64,000 bases of DNA from Rhodospirillaceae bacterium (GCA_947474495.1 CANJIM010000004.1:517-64516), one strand, 5' to 3'; positions 41,234 to 52,678 are shown, counted from the stretch's first letter. Numbers and translations: made by a program. Notes: generated by a model from the sequence alone, not told the origin.

Positions 41234-43702
41234 TTAGGAGCGTTCTTCAATATTGCGGGCCAGCACTTCGCGCTTGCCGACATGGTTGGCCTGGCTGACA
41301 ACGCCCTCGGCCTCCATGCGTTCGATGATGCGCGCGGCGCGGTTGTAGCCGATCTGCAGATGGCGCTGCACGAAGCTGGTCGAGGCCTTGCGCTCGCGGC
41401 AGACCAGCGCCACGGCCTGGTCGTAGAGATCGTCGCCCGAGCTTTCGCCGCCCATGCCCGGCATATTTGCCGTTTCGTCTTCCTCGGTGACGGCTTCGAG
41501 ATAATCCGGGGTGCCCTGATCCTTCAGCGCGCGGATGACCCTGTTCACCTCTTCGTCCGACACGAAGGGGCCATGGACGCGCGAGATGCGGCCGCCGCCC
41601 GCCATGTAGAGCATGTCGCCCTGGCCGAGCAGCTGTTCGGCGCCCGATTCGCCGAGAATGGTGCGGCTGTCGATCTTCGAGGTGACCTGGAAGCTGCAGC
41701 GCGTCGGGAAGTTGGCCTTGATGGTGCCGGTGATGACGTCGACCGACGGACGCTGCGTCGCCATCATCAGGTGAATGCCGGCGGCGCGCGCCATCTGGCT
41801 CAAGCGCTGCACCGAGGATTCGACGTCCTTGCCGGCGACCAGCATGAGGTCGGCCATTTCGTCGACGACGACGACGATATAGGGCAGCGGCTTGAGATCG
41901 AGCGGCTGCTCCTCGAAGATCGGCTTGCCGGTCTCGCGGTCGAAGCCGGTCTGCACCGTGCGCATCAAGTTCTCGCCGCGCTTGGAGGCTTCGCCGAGGC
42001 GTTGGTTGTAGCCGGCGATGTTGCGCACGCCGAGCTGCGACATGGCGCGATAGCGGTTCTCCATTTCCTTCACCGTCCAGCGCAGCGCCACGACGGCCTT
42101 GCCCGGCTCGGTGACAACGGGAGACAGCAGATGCGGAATGCCGTCATAGACCGACAGTTCGAGCATCTTCGGATCGATCATGATGAAGCGGCATTCGTCC
42201 GGCGTCAGACGATAGAGCAGCGACAGGATCATGGTGTTGATGGCAACTGACTTGCCCGAGCCGGTGGTGCCGGCGATCAGCAGGTGCGGCATGCGGTCGA
42301 GCGCCGCCATCACCGGCGCGCCGCCGATGTCCTTGCCGAGCACAAGGGTCAGCTTCGACGAGGTGCTTTCGTATTCCGCCGTCGACAGCAGCTCGCGCAA
42401 ATAAACCGTTTCGCGGATCGCGTTGGGCAGTTCGATGCCGATGACATTGCGGCCCGGCACCACGGCGATGCGGGCCGAGATCGCGCTCATGTTGCGGGCG
42501 ATATCGTCGGCGAGGCCGATGACGCGCGAGGCTTTAATACCCGGCGCCGGCTCCAATTCGTAGAGCGTGACGACAGGGCCCGGACGAACCTTGAGGATTT
42601 CGCCCTTCACGCCGAAATCCTCGAGCACGGATTTCAGCATCTTGGCGTTCTGCTCGAGCGATTCCTTGTTGATCGACGGATCGATTTTGGATTCCGGCGG
42701 CATTTTCAACAGATCGAGCGGCGGCAGCTGATATTCGCCCTCGGCGACGAGGTCGAGAATGGCCTGGCGATTGGTCGCGCGCTTGCTTGGCGCGGCTTTC
42801 TTCGGCGCGGCCTCGATCAACGGCTCTTCGCGCAGCTTCTTCGGCGCCGCTTTGGCTTTCGCGGGTTTTTCCTCGATCTCGAGGTCTTGATCGTCTTCGT
42901 CCTTGTCGGGCAGGGCGATCAACGGCTCTTCATTGGGATCGTCGTCCGGCAGCTCGCCGGCGAAGCGCGGCTCGACGCGCGGCCGCTTGGTAAAGCGGCG
43001 CTTGGCCTTGGCCACCAGATCGCTGGTGGTGCGCGCCGCAATGGTCGCGCCTTCGAGGCCGCCGCGCGCCCCGGTACCGAGCGCCCAGGCGGCGCCGCCG
43101 CCGGCCTTGCGCCATTCGGCGAAGGAGAAGCCGAGCGCGCCGATCAGGGCGATCAGCCCGATCACGCCGGCGCCGCCGGCCAGCAAGGCGCCGCCGATGT
43201 CGGCGATGCCGATCAGGTTGCCGAGGGCATAGAGCCGGGCGAAGACCGAGGCGCCGACCCAGCCGCCGAGCCGCCAGCCGGCGCCGCTGTCGGCGAGGCC
43301 GATCAGCTGCAAACCGTCGCAGGCGGCACCGATCAGCAGGATGGCGGCGATCAGCAGCAGAATGCGCAGCCAGATCGGCGCGATGCCGCGACGGGCCAAA
43401 ATGCGCCAGCCCCAGGCGACGAAGGCGAGCGCGATGACGCCGCCGGCGATGCCGAAGCTCTGCAGCAGGAAGTCGGCGCTCCAGGCGCCGGTGGGGCCGA
43501 GCCAATTCTGCACCGCCGCGCCAGTCGCCGCGACGTTGCCCGATGGATCTCGGGGATCGTAGCTGAACAGCGCCCCGAGCAGTGCCGCGCCAACCAGGAG
43601 CAGCAAGACGCCGAGGCCTTCGGTTAGCCGGCGGCGCAGGAAAGCGCTCGCCTCGGGCGGCAAGAAGGGGGATTTGCCCGTATCGACGGATGAACGTGCC
43701 AT
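41234..43702 (-). CDS. ftsK: DNA translocase FtsK
   Basis: N-terminal membrane segments, Pro-rich linker, Walker A GTTGSGKS, and the C-terminal gamma domain. Confidence 0.95.
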   Translation of the reverse strand: MARSSVDTGKSPFLPPEASAFLRRRLTEGLGVLLLLVGAALLGALFSYDPRDPSGNVAATGAAVQNWLGPTGAWSADFLLQSFGIAGGVIALAFVAWGWRILARRGIAPIWLRILLLIAAILLIGAACDGLQLIGLADSGAGWRLGGWVGASVFARLYALGNLIGIADIGGALLAGGAGVIGLIALIGALGFSFAEWRKAGGGAAWALGTGARGGLEGATIAARTTSDLVAKAKRRFTKRPRVEPRFAGELPDDDPNEEPLIALPDKDEDDQDLEIEEKPAKAKAAPKKLREEPLIEAAPKKAAPSKRATNRQAILDLVAEGEYQLPPLDLLKMPPESKIDPSINKESLEQNAKMLKSVLEDFGVKGEILKVRPGPVVTLYELEPAPGIKASRVIGLADDIARNMSAISARIAVVPGRNVIGIELPNAIRETVYLRELLSTAEYESTSSKLTLVLGKDIGGAPVMAALDRMPHLLIAGTTGSGKSVAINTMILSLLYRLTPDECRFIMIDPKMLELSVYDGIPHLLSPVVTEPGKAVVALRWTVKEMENRYRAMSQLGVRNIAGYNQRLGEASKRGENLMRTVQTGFDRETGKPIFEEQPLDLKPLPYIVVVVDEMADLMLVAGKDVESSVQRLSQMARAAGIHLMMATQRPSVDVITGTIKANFPTRCSFQVTSKIDSRTILGESGAEQLLGQGDMLYMAGGGRISRVHGPFVSDEEVNRVIRALKDQGTPDYLEAVTEEDETANMPGMGGESSGDDLYDQAVALVCRERKASTSFVQRHLQIGYNRAARIIERMEAEGVVSQANHVGKREVLARNIEERS

Positions 43703-43771
43703 GGCGCACTTATTCTACGCCAAGATGAATCGCGCAACCATGTTCGCGTGATCTCCGCCGCAAGCGCGGCT

Positions 43772-45040
43772 TTAATCCGCAAGCGCCGCGGCGAATCTCG
43801 GGAGGGCCTCAGCGAGCAGCGGTTCGTCATGGACCAGGGCGACACGCAGGAAATCCGCCCCGGGAGCTGTTTTGTCCTCGGGGCAAAGATAGGCGCCGGG
43901 CAGGGTGCGAATCGCGGCGCGTTGCCAGAGGCGGCGCGCCGCCGCTTCGCCATCGCCGAGGCCGGCCTTTTTCACATCCAGCCACAAAAAGAATCCGCCG
44001 GCCGGGCGGACAGGCCCGAACTGCGGCGAGAGCGCCGCTTCGGCGAAGTCAAATTTGGCGCGGTAGCGGGCGCGGCTCGCCTCCACATGGACTTCGTCGC
44101 GCCATAGTTCGGTGGCGGCGGCGATGATCGGCAGCGGCGTGGCGCTAGAGGCGAAATCGCGCAGTTTGGCGAAGGCGGCGATTAGCCTCCGCCCGCCGGC
44201 GATGAACCCGGAGCGCAGGCCGGGGCTGCTCGAGCGTTTCGACAGCGAGTTGAAAACGACGAGATGGTCGAGGGCGTGGCTCGCGTCGGCGCCGCCCCTT
44301 TGCCCATCGAGACCGGCGCAGGCTTCGAGCGCGCCGACCGGCTTTTCCACGTCGTAAATCTCGGAATAGCACTCGTCGACGGCGAGGATGGCGTCGTGGG
44401 CCACGACCTTGGCGAGCAAGGCGGTGAGATAATCTTTTGAGGCCAATACGCCTTGCGGATTGGCCGGGGCGCAAAGATAGACCAATGCGGTGCGCGCCCA
44501 GATCTCGTCCGGCAGGGCGAGATAATCCGGCAGAAAGCCGGTTTCGCGGGCCGCCGGCACGAAGACTGGGTCGGCGCCGGCCATTTGCGCCGCGCCGGCA
44601 TAGACGTGATAGAGCGGGTTGGGCACCAGCACCAACGGGCGTGGACCGTCCTCTTTCCGCGATATGGCAATGGTGGCGAACATGTAAATCGCCTCGCGGG
44701 TGCCGGCGACCGGCAGGATGTTCTCATCCGCCGTGATGAAGCCCTGCGGCAACGAAAAGCGCCGCGTCAGCCAACCCTCGACGGCGCGGCGGAAATCCGG
44801 CGTGCCGCGCAGCAAGGGATATTTGCCCCAACCGTCGGCGCTTTTCGCCAATATTTCGGCGACGAAGGCCGGCGGCGCGTGCTGCGGCTCGCCGATCGAC
44901 ATCACGAGCGGGGCTATATTGGCGGCAGAGGCGACGCTGCCGAGCAAATCGCGCAGCCGCGCGAAGGGGTAGCCCGGCAAATCATCGAGACGGGGATTGA
45001 GCATGCGTGCGATCCTAAGCGCGCGTTCCCTCCGCCACAA
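43772..45040 (-). CDS. Class I/II-fold PLP-dependent aminotransferase. The start may be the internal Met at 45004.
   Basis: Aminotransferase fold-type I features; SLSKRSSSPGLRSGF contains the PLP-lysine region. Confidence 0.7.
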   Translation of the reverse strand: MWRRERALRIARMLNPRLDDLPGYPFARLRDLLGSVASAANIAPLVMSIGEPQHAPPAFVAEILAKSADGWGKYPLLRGTPDFRRAVEGWLTRRFSLPQGFITADENILPVAGTREAIYMFATIAISRKEDGPRPLVLVPNPLYHVYAGAAQMAGADPVFVPAARETGFLPDYLALPDEIWARTALVYLCAPANPQGVLASKDYLTALLAKVVAHDAILAVDECYSEIYDVEKPVGALEACAGLDGQRGGADASHALDHLVVFNSLSKRSSSPGLRSGFIAGGRRLIAAFAKLRDFASSATPLPIIAAATELWRDEVHVEASRARYRAKFDFAEAALSPQFGPVRPAGGFFLWLDVKKAGLGDGEAAARRLWQRAAIRTLPGAYLCPEDKTAPGADFLRVALVHDEPLLAEALPRFAAALAD

Positions 45041-45137
45041 GCCGGCGGCGGAACGGGCAGCCCTCGAGCTGCGTTCTCACTGGCCATTCTTCCGGCTATC
45101 GACCCAAAGCGTCCCGGAGACGTGAAAAGGACCTGCC

Positions 45138-45461
45138 ATGCTCGCCTCGAAACGACTGCTCTGCGTTCTCTCCATTGCCGCCTGCTGCGCCTCTGCTGCC
45201 GCATTCGCGCAAAGCGCCGGCGCGCCGTCAGCGCCAGGCAATAGCGCGCCGCCGGCGCCGCTGCCCAACACAGTGACGCCGAGCGCCTCGCCGACCACGT
45301 CATCGGGCGAGCCGCTGCGCGATCCGCGCGGCGATCGGGCCGGCGAGCAATCGCCGTTGTTGAATCCGGACACCCCGTGGAGTCCCAAGACGCCGCTGCT
45401 GCCGAACGCTTCGCCGGATGAGCCGCCGCTGCGCGCGCCGCTGCTGCAGCTTGATCAGTAA
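45138..45461 (+). CDS. Small secreted Pro/Ser-rich hypothetical protein
   Basis: Signal peptide MLASKRLLCVLSIAACCASAAAFA. It is followed by the terminator at 45513-45545. Confidence 0.4.
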   Translation: MLASKRLLCVLSIAACCASAAAFAQSAGAPSAPGNSAPPAPLPNTVTPSASPTTSSGEPLRDPRGDRAGEQSPLLNPDTPWSPKTPLLPNASPDEPPLRAPLLQLDQ

Positions 45462-45512
45462 GGCGGGCGATCGGAGAGCGCGAATCTCTCCGTTGAGTTC
45501 CGCATGAGGGAA

Positions 45513-45545
45513 GGCCCGGATCCTAGTTCCGGGCCTTTTTATTTT
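45513..45545 (+). terminator. Rho-independent terminator
   Basis: GGCCCGGA-loop-TCCGGGCC followed by TTTTTATTTT. Confidence 0.6.
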
Positions 45546-45700
45546 CACGGGCGGCGCTTCAAGCCATTGCCGGCGCAAGCACTTGGTTTGCGCAGCGAAG
45601 TTCCGAGGAGCGCGGAAAATATTCAGCGGAACGTGCGCGGTCGCGCCGGCGTTTCCCTCGCATAACAATGGCTAGGCTTCGCCCCCGCGAAGCGGAAAGG

Positions 45701-45994
45701 ATGTCCATGTCCACCTCCAAGCAGTTGCTCTGCGCTGTCACCCTCGCTGTGTGTGGCTTCTCCGGCGCGGCGCTCGCGCAGCAGCAGATCATCATGCAGC
45801 CGGCTCCGACCGTCGTCGCCCCGGCGCCGATGGTCGTCGCTCCGGCGCCGACCGTTTACGCGCCGGCCCAGGTCGTCGTCACGCCGCAGCCGGCCCCCGT
45901 CATCGTCTATCAGCCGGGCAGCGTCACCGTGAAAGAAGTGCCGGCGACGACGCGCCGTGACGGTTCCAGCCTTGCCGAAGACAAGGGCCCCTAA
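45701..45994 (+). CDS. Small secreted hypothetical protein with PAPxVVAP repeats
   Basis: RBS GGAAAGG lies upstream of the ATG at 45701. Signal peptide LLCAVTLAVCGFSGAALA, then repeated APAPTVV/APAPMVV units. Confidence 0.45.
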   Translation: MSMSTSKQLLCAVTLAVCGFSGAALAQQQIIMQPAPTVVAPAPMVVAPAPTVYAPAQVVVTPQPAPVIVYQPGSVTVKEVPATTRRDGSSLAEDKGP

Positions 45995-46025
45995 CGCCCG
46001 ATTGTCGGATTACGAATAAAAAAAT

Positions 46026-46059
46026 GCCCGGATGGCGCGAACCATCCGGGCAGTTTTTT
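46026..46059. terminator. Bidirectional Rho-independent terminator between the small secreted gene (+) and amtB (-)
   Basis: GCCCGGATGG-cgcgaa-CCATCCGGGC flanked by an A-tract upstream and a T-tract downstream. Confidence 0.6.
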
Positions 46060-46127
46060 GGCAGGAGACCGAAATCTCCAACCGCCCTCACTTCGCCAGT
46101 TGTGGCGAACCGAGGGCGGGGAGTTGC

Positions 46128-47591
46128 TTACATGTGATAAGCGCGTTCGCCGTGGGAGACCACGTCGAGGCCTTCGCGTTCCGCTTCCGGCGTGACGCGC
46201 AGACCGACCAGGATATCGACGACCTTGTAGAGGATCGCCGAACCGATGCCCGACCACAGGATGGTCACGACGACGGCCTTCACCTGGCTCATCACCTGAA
46301 CGGAGAGGTCGTAAGCGCCGACCTCGGCCGCCACATAGTCGTACACGCCGCCGCCGCCGAGATCCGGGTTGACCAGGATGCCGGTGCCGATGGCGCCGAG
46401 GATGCCGCCGATCGCATGGACGCCGAAGACGTCGAGCGAGTCGTCGTAGCCGAGCGCGTTCTTCACCGCCGAGCAGAAGATGAAGCAGACGATGCCGCCG
46501 ATGAAGCCGAGCACGATGGCGCCCATCGGACCGATGAAGCCGCAAGCCGGGGTCACGGCGACGAGACCGGCGATGGCGCCGGAGACGATGCCGAGCAGGC
46601 TGGGCTTACCCTTGGCGAGCCATTCGATGATCATCCAGCCCAGAGCCGCGGCGCAGGTCGCGACGAAGGTGTTGAGCATCGCCATGGCGGCAAGGCCCGT
46701 GGCTTCCAGGTTGGAGCCGGCGTTGAAGCCGAACCAGCCCACCCACAGCAGAGAGGCGCCGATCATGGTCATGGTCAGCGAGTGCGGCGACATCGGCTCT
46801 TTGCCGAAGCCGGTGCGCTTGCCGATGATCAACGCGCCCACCAGACCGGCGATGCCGGCATTGATGTGCACGACGGTGCCGCCGGCGAAGTCGATGGCGC
46901 CCATCTTGAAGAGGAAGCCGGCGTCGGCCAGAACCTCGTCGAGAGCGGCTTGCGCCGTGGCCTTCGTCGCGTCATCGGTCGCGGCAGCCAAAGCCTTGGC
47001 GGCAGCGTCGATAGCGTCTGGGCCGGCCCAGTACCACACCATGTGAGCGATCGGGAAGTAGATGAAGGTCACCCACAGCGGGATGAACAGCACGATGGCC
47101 GAGAACTTCACGCGCTCGGCGAAGGCGCCGAGGATGAGGGCCGGGGTGATCATCGCGAAGGTCATCTGGAAGCAGATGTAGACCAGCTCGGGAACCTGCA
47201 CGCCGACCGTGAAGGTCGCCGCGGCGGAGGTGGTGTCGATGCCCGAGAGGAAGGCCTTCGAGAAACCGCCGATGAAGTCGTTGCCGCCCGTGAAGGCCAA
47301 GCTGTAGCCGTAAACGACCCAGATCACGCCGACGATGCAGACGGTGTAGAACACCTGCATGAGGATCGAGAGCATGTTCTTCGAGCGGACCATGCCGCCG
47401 TAGAACAGCGCCAGACCCGGCACGCTCATCATGAGGACGAGCAGCGACGACACCAACATCCAGCTGGTATCGCCATTGTTGAAGACGGGCGCCGCAGCGG
47501 CTTCCGCCGCCTCTTGCGCGAAGGCGCCGACGGACGCGGTCATGCCAAGCGCCAAAGCGCCCAGACCCGCGAGATTTTTCAGACGAAACAT
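46128..47591 (-). CDS. amtB: Ammonium transporter (Amt family)
   Basis: Signal peptide plus 11 TM helices. The start is set at the Met with an AAGGAG RBS (MFRLKNL...). Confidence 0.9.
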   Translation of the reverse strand: MFRLKNLAGLGALALGMTASVGAFAQEAAEAAAAPVFNNGDTSWMLVSSLLVLMMSVPGLALFYGGMVRSKNMLSILMQVFYTVCIVGVIWVVYGYSLAFTGGNDFIGGFSKAFLSGIDTTSAAATFTVGVQVPELVYICFQMTFAMITPALILGAFAERVKFSAIVLFIPLWVTFIYFPIAHMVWYWAGPDAIDAAAKALAAATDDATKATAQAALDEVLADAGFLFKMGAIDFAGGTVVHINAGIAGLVGALIIGKRTGFGKEPMSPHSLTMTMIGASLLWVGWFGFNAGSNLEATGLAAMAMLNTFVATCAAALGWMIIEWLAKGKPSLLGIVSGAIAGLVAVTPACGFIGPMGAIVLGFIGGIVCFIFCSAVKNALGYDDSLDVFGVHAIGGILGAIGTGILVNPDLGGGGVYDYVAAEVGAYDLSVQVMSQVKAVVVTILWSGIGSAILYKVVDILVGLRVTPEAEREGLDVVSHGERAYHM

Positions 47592-47604
47592 TCTGGTCTT
47601 CTCC

Positions 47605-48103
<499 letters not shown>

Positions 48104-48393
48104 TTTTCGCGCTGTCGCTACCGGGCAAAGCCCTCAAGGAAAACAAGAGCTTGGGAGATAAGGGAAAAGCTCGCCGCCGCCTGGGAAATAGATTGATGCC
48201 CTTATAAAAGGCAGATTTTTAAAACTGCACTATTTTTCAACAAAGGCCAAAAAAGGGATTATTCTGAATAAGTTGCAGATAGGACAGGGATTGTTCCCAA
48301 ATCGGGCTGCCCGATGAGAACAAAGGCTACGCCTATGTCGGATGGGCGCCGCGCATCGGCGCTGGAGCCTGTTTCCATTCGTGCTAGGTACAG

Positions 48394-49695
48394 GTGATGA
48401 GCCCATCGCTTCACCCATCGCTCGACCTGCACACCGACGTTCTCATTGTCGGCGGCGGCATGGTCGGCTTGACCTGCGCCGTCGCCGTGGCGAGCGCTGG
48501 CTTCTCGGTGATCGCGCTCGACCGCGCGCCGATTGCCGTGCAACTCGACGCCGCGTTCGATGGCCGCGTCTCGGCGATCGCCGCCGGATCGCGCCGCGCC
48601 CTCGAGGGCATCGGCCTATGGAACCATGTGTTGGCGCAGGGCAACGTTGCGGAGCCGATCCGCGACATTCGCGTCAGCGACGGCGAAAGCCTCGCCTTCG
48701 TGCATTATGATTCCCGCGCTCTCGCACGAGACGACTCGCGCGCGCGCGCTGAAACGGGCCAGGAGCCCGAGCCGTTTGGCCATATCGTCGAGAACCGCAC
48801 GATCCGCACGGCGCTCGCCGCGCGCCTGCTGGAATTGCCGAATCTGACGGTGCTGGCGCCGGCCGAAGTGGCGAGTGTCGCCAATGAGCCGTCGCATGCC
48901 GTGGCGACGCTGGCTGACGGCCGGCGCGTTCACGCCCAACTGGTCGTCGCCGCCGAAGGCAAAGAGTCGGCGCTGCGCGCCGCGCGCGGCATCGCAGTCA
49001 CGCGTTGGTCCTATCCGCAGACCGCCATCGTTTGCACCATCGCCCATGAGCGGCCGCATGGCGGCGTCGCCCATGAACGCTTCTTGCCGGTCGGGCCCTT
49101 CGCGATTCTGCCAATGACCGATGATGCAGATGGCCGCCACCGCTCGTCGCTGGTGTGGACGGAGAAGACGGCGCTCGCCGCCGCCTATCTCAGCTTGAAC
49201 AAAGCGGACTTCGACGCCGAAGTGGCGCGCCGTGTCGGCGATTTCTTGGGGACGGTGACGAGCATCGGGCCGCGCTGGTCCTATCCGCTGTCGCTGCTGC
49301 ATGCCGAGCGCTACACGGATGATCGTCTGGTGCTGATCGGCGATGCGGCGCACGCCATTCATCCGATCGCCGGCCAGGGCTTGAATCTCGGCCTACGTGA
49401 CGTCGCGGCGCTGGCGGAAACGCTGGTCGACGCCAAGCGGCTCGGCCTCGACATCGGCTTCGGGGAAGTGCTGGCGCGTTACGAGCGTTGGCGCCGCTTC
49501 GACAATGTGCTGCTTGCCGGCATCACCGACGGCTTGAACCGCTTGTTCTCGAACAGCTTCACGCCGCTGGTGCTGGGGCGACGGCTTGGCTTTCGTGTCG
49601 TCAACCGCGCCGGGCCGCTCAAGGCCTTCTTCATGCGCCATGCCATGGGCCTGGTCGGCGACCTGCCGCGCCTGTCGCGCGGCGAGCCGCTCTAG
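48394..49695 (+). CDS. ubiH: FAD-dependent ubiquinone biosynthesis hydroxylase (UbiH/UbiF/Coq6 family)
   Basis: VLIVGGGMVGLTCA FAD-binding motif and C-terminal LIGDAAHAIHPIAGQGLNLG. Confidence 0.85.
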   Translation: MMSPSLHPSLDLHTDVLIVGGGMVGLTCAVAVASAGFSVIALDRAPIAVQLDAAFDGRVSAIAAGSRRALEGIGLWNHVLAQGNVAEPIRDIRVSDGESLAFVHYDSRALARDDSRARAETGQEPEPFGHIVENRTIRTALAARLLELPNLTVLAPAEVASVANEPSHAVATLADGRRVHAQLVVAAEGKESALRAARGIAVTRWSYPQTAIVCTIAHERPHGGVAHERFLPVGPFAILPMTDDADGRHRSSLVWTEKTALAAAYLSLNKADFDAEVARRVGDFLGTVTSIGPRWSYPLSLLHAERYTDDRLVLIGDAAHAIHPIAGQGLNLGLRDVAALAETLVDAKRLGLDIGFGEVLARYERWRRFDNVLLAGITDGLNRLFSNSFTPLVLGRRLGFRVVNRAGPLKAFFMRHAMGLVGDLPRLSRGEPL

Positions 49696-49698
49696 GCG

Positions 49699-50340
49699 TC
49701 ACGCCTCGCGCTTGAGGCCCTTGGCCTTGAGCGCGTCGAGATAAAGCTGCCAGAGATGTTCCTGGCGCTCGCCGAGTTCATGCAGATAGCCCCACGAATA
49801 GATGCCGGTGTCGTGGCCGTCGCCGAACAGGATGCGGATGGCGTAATTGCCGACCGGCTCGAGATGAGCGATCGACAGGTCCTTCTTGCCGGCAACTGTG
49901 ATCTGCTGGCCGGGGCCATGGCCCATCACTTCGGCCGACGGCGAATGGACGCGCAAATATTCCGCCGAATATTGGTAGGATTCGCCGTCATCGAAATCGA
50001 TCTCGATGAGATTGCTCTCGCGGCTCATGCGAATCTCTTCCGGCAGCGGGCCGTAATGATGCTGATGGTCGGCGCCCGGACCATGCTCGTGATGATGCTG
50101 GCCGCCATGAGCATGATCATGCCCGTGATCATGGCCATGATCGTCATGCGCGTGATCGTGCGGATGGGGATGCGGGTGATCGTGGCCGTGATCCTGTTTG
50201 GCGTCATGCTTGTGATCATGGGCGCCATGTTTGTGATCGCCGTGCGCATGGCCGTGATCATGATCATGACCGTGGTCATGCGTGTGACCGTGATCGTGCG
50301 AATGATCGCCGTGATCGTGTGTGGGGCCCTTGCCGTGCAT
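49699..50340 (-). CDS. Histidine-rich protein with a C-terminal DUF971 domain (gamma-butyrobetaine-hydroxylase-N-like fold)
   Basis: ~105-aa N-terminal HD/HG repeat tract (HDHGDHSHDHGHTHDHGHDHDHGH...) followed by a DUF971-like C-terminus (YQYSAEYLRVHSPSAE...GNYAIRILFGDGHDTGIYSWGYL). The start is set at the Met with a GGAGA RBS. Confidence 0.65.
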   Translation of the reverse strand: MHGKGPTHDHGDHSHDHGHTHDHGHDHDHGHAHGDHKHGAHDHKHDAKQDHGHDHPHPHPHDHAHDDHGHDHGHDHAHGGQHHHEHGPGADHQHHYGPLPEEIRMSRESNLIEIDFDDGESYQYSAEYLRVHSPSAEVMGHGPGQQITVAGKKDLSIAHLEPVGNYAIRILFGDGHDTGIYSWGYLHELGERQEHLWQLYLDALKAKGLKREA

Positions 50341-50368
50341 GGTCGTCTCCGTCGCGAATCGTTTGGTC

Positions 50369-50569
50369 TTAATCGTCGAGTCGGCGCGCTTCATCCGGCA
50401 GCATGATCGGAATGCCGTCGCGGATCGGGAACGCCAGGCCGGCACTGTCGCTGATCAATTCCTGCTGTGCCGCATCGTAGCGCAGCGGTCCCTTGGTCAG
50501 CGGGCAGACGAGAATTTCCAGCAGCTTGCGGTCGATCTCTTTGCTCGGGCTCGCGGCATTGTCGGTCAT
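50369..50569 (-). CDS. Trm112/YcaR (UPF0434) family protein
   Basis: [14 protein letters not shown]...[13 protein letters not shown] is the canonical Trm112 zinc-ribbon-like motif. Confidence 0.85.
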   Translation of the reverse strand: MTDNAASPSKEIDRKLLEILVCPLTKGPLRYDAAQQELISDSAGLAFPIRDGIPIMLPDEARRLDD

Positions 50570-50577
50570 GGGGCTCT

Positions 50578-51279
50578 CTAATGGCGAGTAGGAGGCGGCG
50601 GCGTGTCGCCGAAGCCGGCTTCGGCGCTGCCGGCGCCCATTTCGAGCAACGCGGCAAGCGTATGGCCGCAGCTCGCGATGTCGATCGATTCGAGCAAGGC
50701 TTGTTTATCGGTCGGCTCGAAAGGACAGCTCATGGCGAGTGTGGTGACGAGCGCACGATCGTCCATCTGGCCGATCGCATCCCAATTGGCCTCGACATGC
50801 TTGGCGCCGAAATAGCGCTTGAGCCCGGCGAGGATGCGGTCGCGGTCGATGCGCCCGTGGCTCGGATCGCGCACGGTGCCGTAAATCTCAAGATCGTCCT
50901 TGTAGGGCAGGAAGTTCGGCATGACCCGGCGGTAGCCGTCTTTCAAGTCGACCTCGTCGCGCACGCGAAAGCGAATCAGACCGGCGAGCACGATGTGATA
51001 GCGCCCATCGTCGGTCTCGGCGAAATTGATGATGCGTCCGGCGGTGCCGACCGGAAACAGTTCGGGCCCGTTCGGGCCGTCGGCAAGGCCCGTCGGTTGA
51101 ATCATGCCGATCAGGCGCGTCGGCGCCAGCAGGGCGTCGCGCGTCATGGCGAGATAGCGCCGCTCGAAAATCTGCAGCGGCAGATGGCCTTGCGGCAGCA
51201 GCAGCACGCCGGCGAGCGGGAAGACCGGAATCAAGCCGGGCAGGTCTTCGAAGTTCGGATCAAAGATGCCACGGGCCAT
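50578..51279 (-). CDS. LON-N (peptidase S16 substrate-binding domain) protein
   Basis: [26 protein letters not shown] is the hallmark N-terminus of the Lon N-terminal domain. Confidence 0.8.
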   Translation of the reverse strand: MARGIFDPNFEDLPGLIPVFPLAGVLLLPQGHLPLQIFERRYLAMTRDALLAPTRLIGMIQPTGLADGPNGPELFPVGTAGRIINFAETDDGRYHIVLAGLIRFRVRDEVDLKDGYRRVMPNFLPYKDDLEIYGTVRDPSHGRIDRDRILAGLKRYFGAKHVEANWDAIGQMDDRALVTTLAMSCPFEPTDKQALLESIDIASCGHTLAALLEMGAGSAEAGFGDTPPPPTRH

Positions 51280-51290
51280 GCGATCCTCGC

Positions 51291-52328
51291 TTAGGAGAAC
51301 AAAATCGACGACAGGCGGCGGCGGCCGCTCTGCGACAATTCGTGCATCGGGCCGAGCGCTTCGAAGACCTTGACGAGCTGGGCGCGCGCGGCGCCGTCGT
51401 TCCAGTCGCGGCTCTTCTTGATGATGGCGAGCAGCTCGTCGATGGCGGCGTCAGGCTTGCCGGCGCCGAATTGGGCGACGGCGAGATCGAAGCGGGCCTG
51501 ATGGTCGGCGGGATCGGCCGCGACCTTCGCCGCCAGCGCGTCGACTTCGCCGGAGACGCCGGCGCTTTGCTCGGCGAGCTCGATGGCGGCGCGCACCGTG
51601 GCGATGGCGGTCGGCTCGGCTTTGTTCGGTTCGGGCTTGAAGGTCGCCAAGGTTTCCTTGGCACCGGCAAGATCGCCGCTCGCCTGTTGATGTTTGGCGA
51701 GGCCGGCGATGGCCTCGACATTGGTCGGCGCCTGCGCCAGCACTTCGGCATAAATGGCGATGGCGGTTTCGAGATCGCCGCTCGCGGCCATCTCTTCGGC
51801 TTGCGCCATGGCGTCCTTGAGGCCTTCTTCTTCCGAGGTCGGGCCGGACAGCTTGGCGAGCCCTTCGACGAATTGGCGGACCTGGCTGTCGGGCAGCGCG
51901 CCGGCGAAGCCGTCGACCGGGCGGCCATCCTTGAAGGCGTAAACGGCGGGAATCGACTGGATGCGCATCTGCTGCGCCAACTCCTGATTCTCGTCGACGT
52001 TGATTTTTACCAGGCGCACACGGCCCTTTTGCTCGAGCACCGCCTTTTCCAGGCTGGGGCCGAGCTGCTTGCAGGGGCCGCACCAGGGCGCCCAGAAATC
52101 GACGATGACCGCCGGGCCGAAGGAGGCGTCGATCACATCGGCCATGAAGGTCGGCGTCGACACGTCCTTGATCAGCTCGGCGTCGCCGGCTGGCGGTGGA
52201 GCGTCGGGGAGGGTGCCGCTGAGGGCGCCGGCAAGACCGGCAGACGGGCCGGCGGGGGGCTGAACGGAAGTTTGGGATTGGGCGCTAGCGGGCGGTTTCA
52301 CGCCCGGCATGCCCGGAAAGCCTGCCAT
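51291..52328 (-). CDS. Thioredoxin-domain plus TPR-like co-chaperone (YbbN/CnoX family)
   Basis: FWAPWCGPCK thioredoxin motif followed by an alpha-helical TPR-like C-terminal domain. Confidence 0.8.
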   Translation of the reverse strand: MAGFPGMPGVKPPASAQSQTSVQPPAGPSAGLAGALSGTLPDAPPPAGDAELIKDVSTPTFMADVIDASFGPAVIVDFWAPWCGPCKQLGPSLEKAVLEQKGRVRLVKINVDENQELAQQMRIQSIPAVYAFKDGRPVDGFAGALPDSQVRQFVEGLAKLSGPTSEEEGLKDAMAQAEEMAASGDLETAIAIYAEVLAQAPTNVEAIAGLAKHQQASGDLAGAKETLATFKPEPNKAEPTAIATVRAAIELAEQSAGVSGEVDALAAKVAADPADHQARFDLAVAQFGAGKPDAAIDELLAIIKKSRDWNDGAARAQLVKVFEALGPMHELSQSGRRRLSSILFS

Positions 52329-52603
52329 GATCTCTCTCTACCGGTAGGGGATTGAAAGAATTAGCCTAATAAATGGCGCGTTCGGCCCCGTCCGGCAAGG
52401 GGCGAGCGCCGGGAGCGTCGCGAAATCGGCGCGGAACCGCCGCCAGCGGCGGCCGGACAAGCGGGGCGGGAAGGGTTGCAAAGCCGCCGGCTTTGAGTAT
52501 TATCCCGGCCTCTCGCCGACCCCTACCGTGCATTTTTCCAAATTTGCCGGCTTTCCTGCGGACTTACGGCCCGCAGTGACCCCCAAGGGACGGCGCACGC
52601 CGA

Positions 52604-52678
<75 letters not shown>

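Noticed and set aside
50040-50340. Repetitive cat/gat DNA that could be mistaken for a tandem-repeat or CRISPR-like array
   Set aside because: It is the coding sequence of the His/Asp-rich protein tract. The repeats are codon-level, in frame, and lack spacer/repeat organisation.
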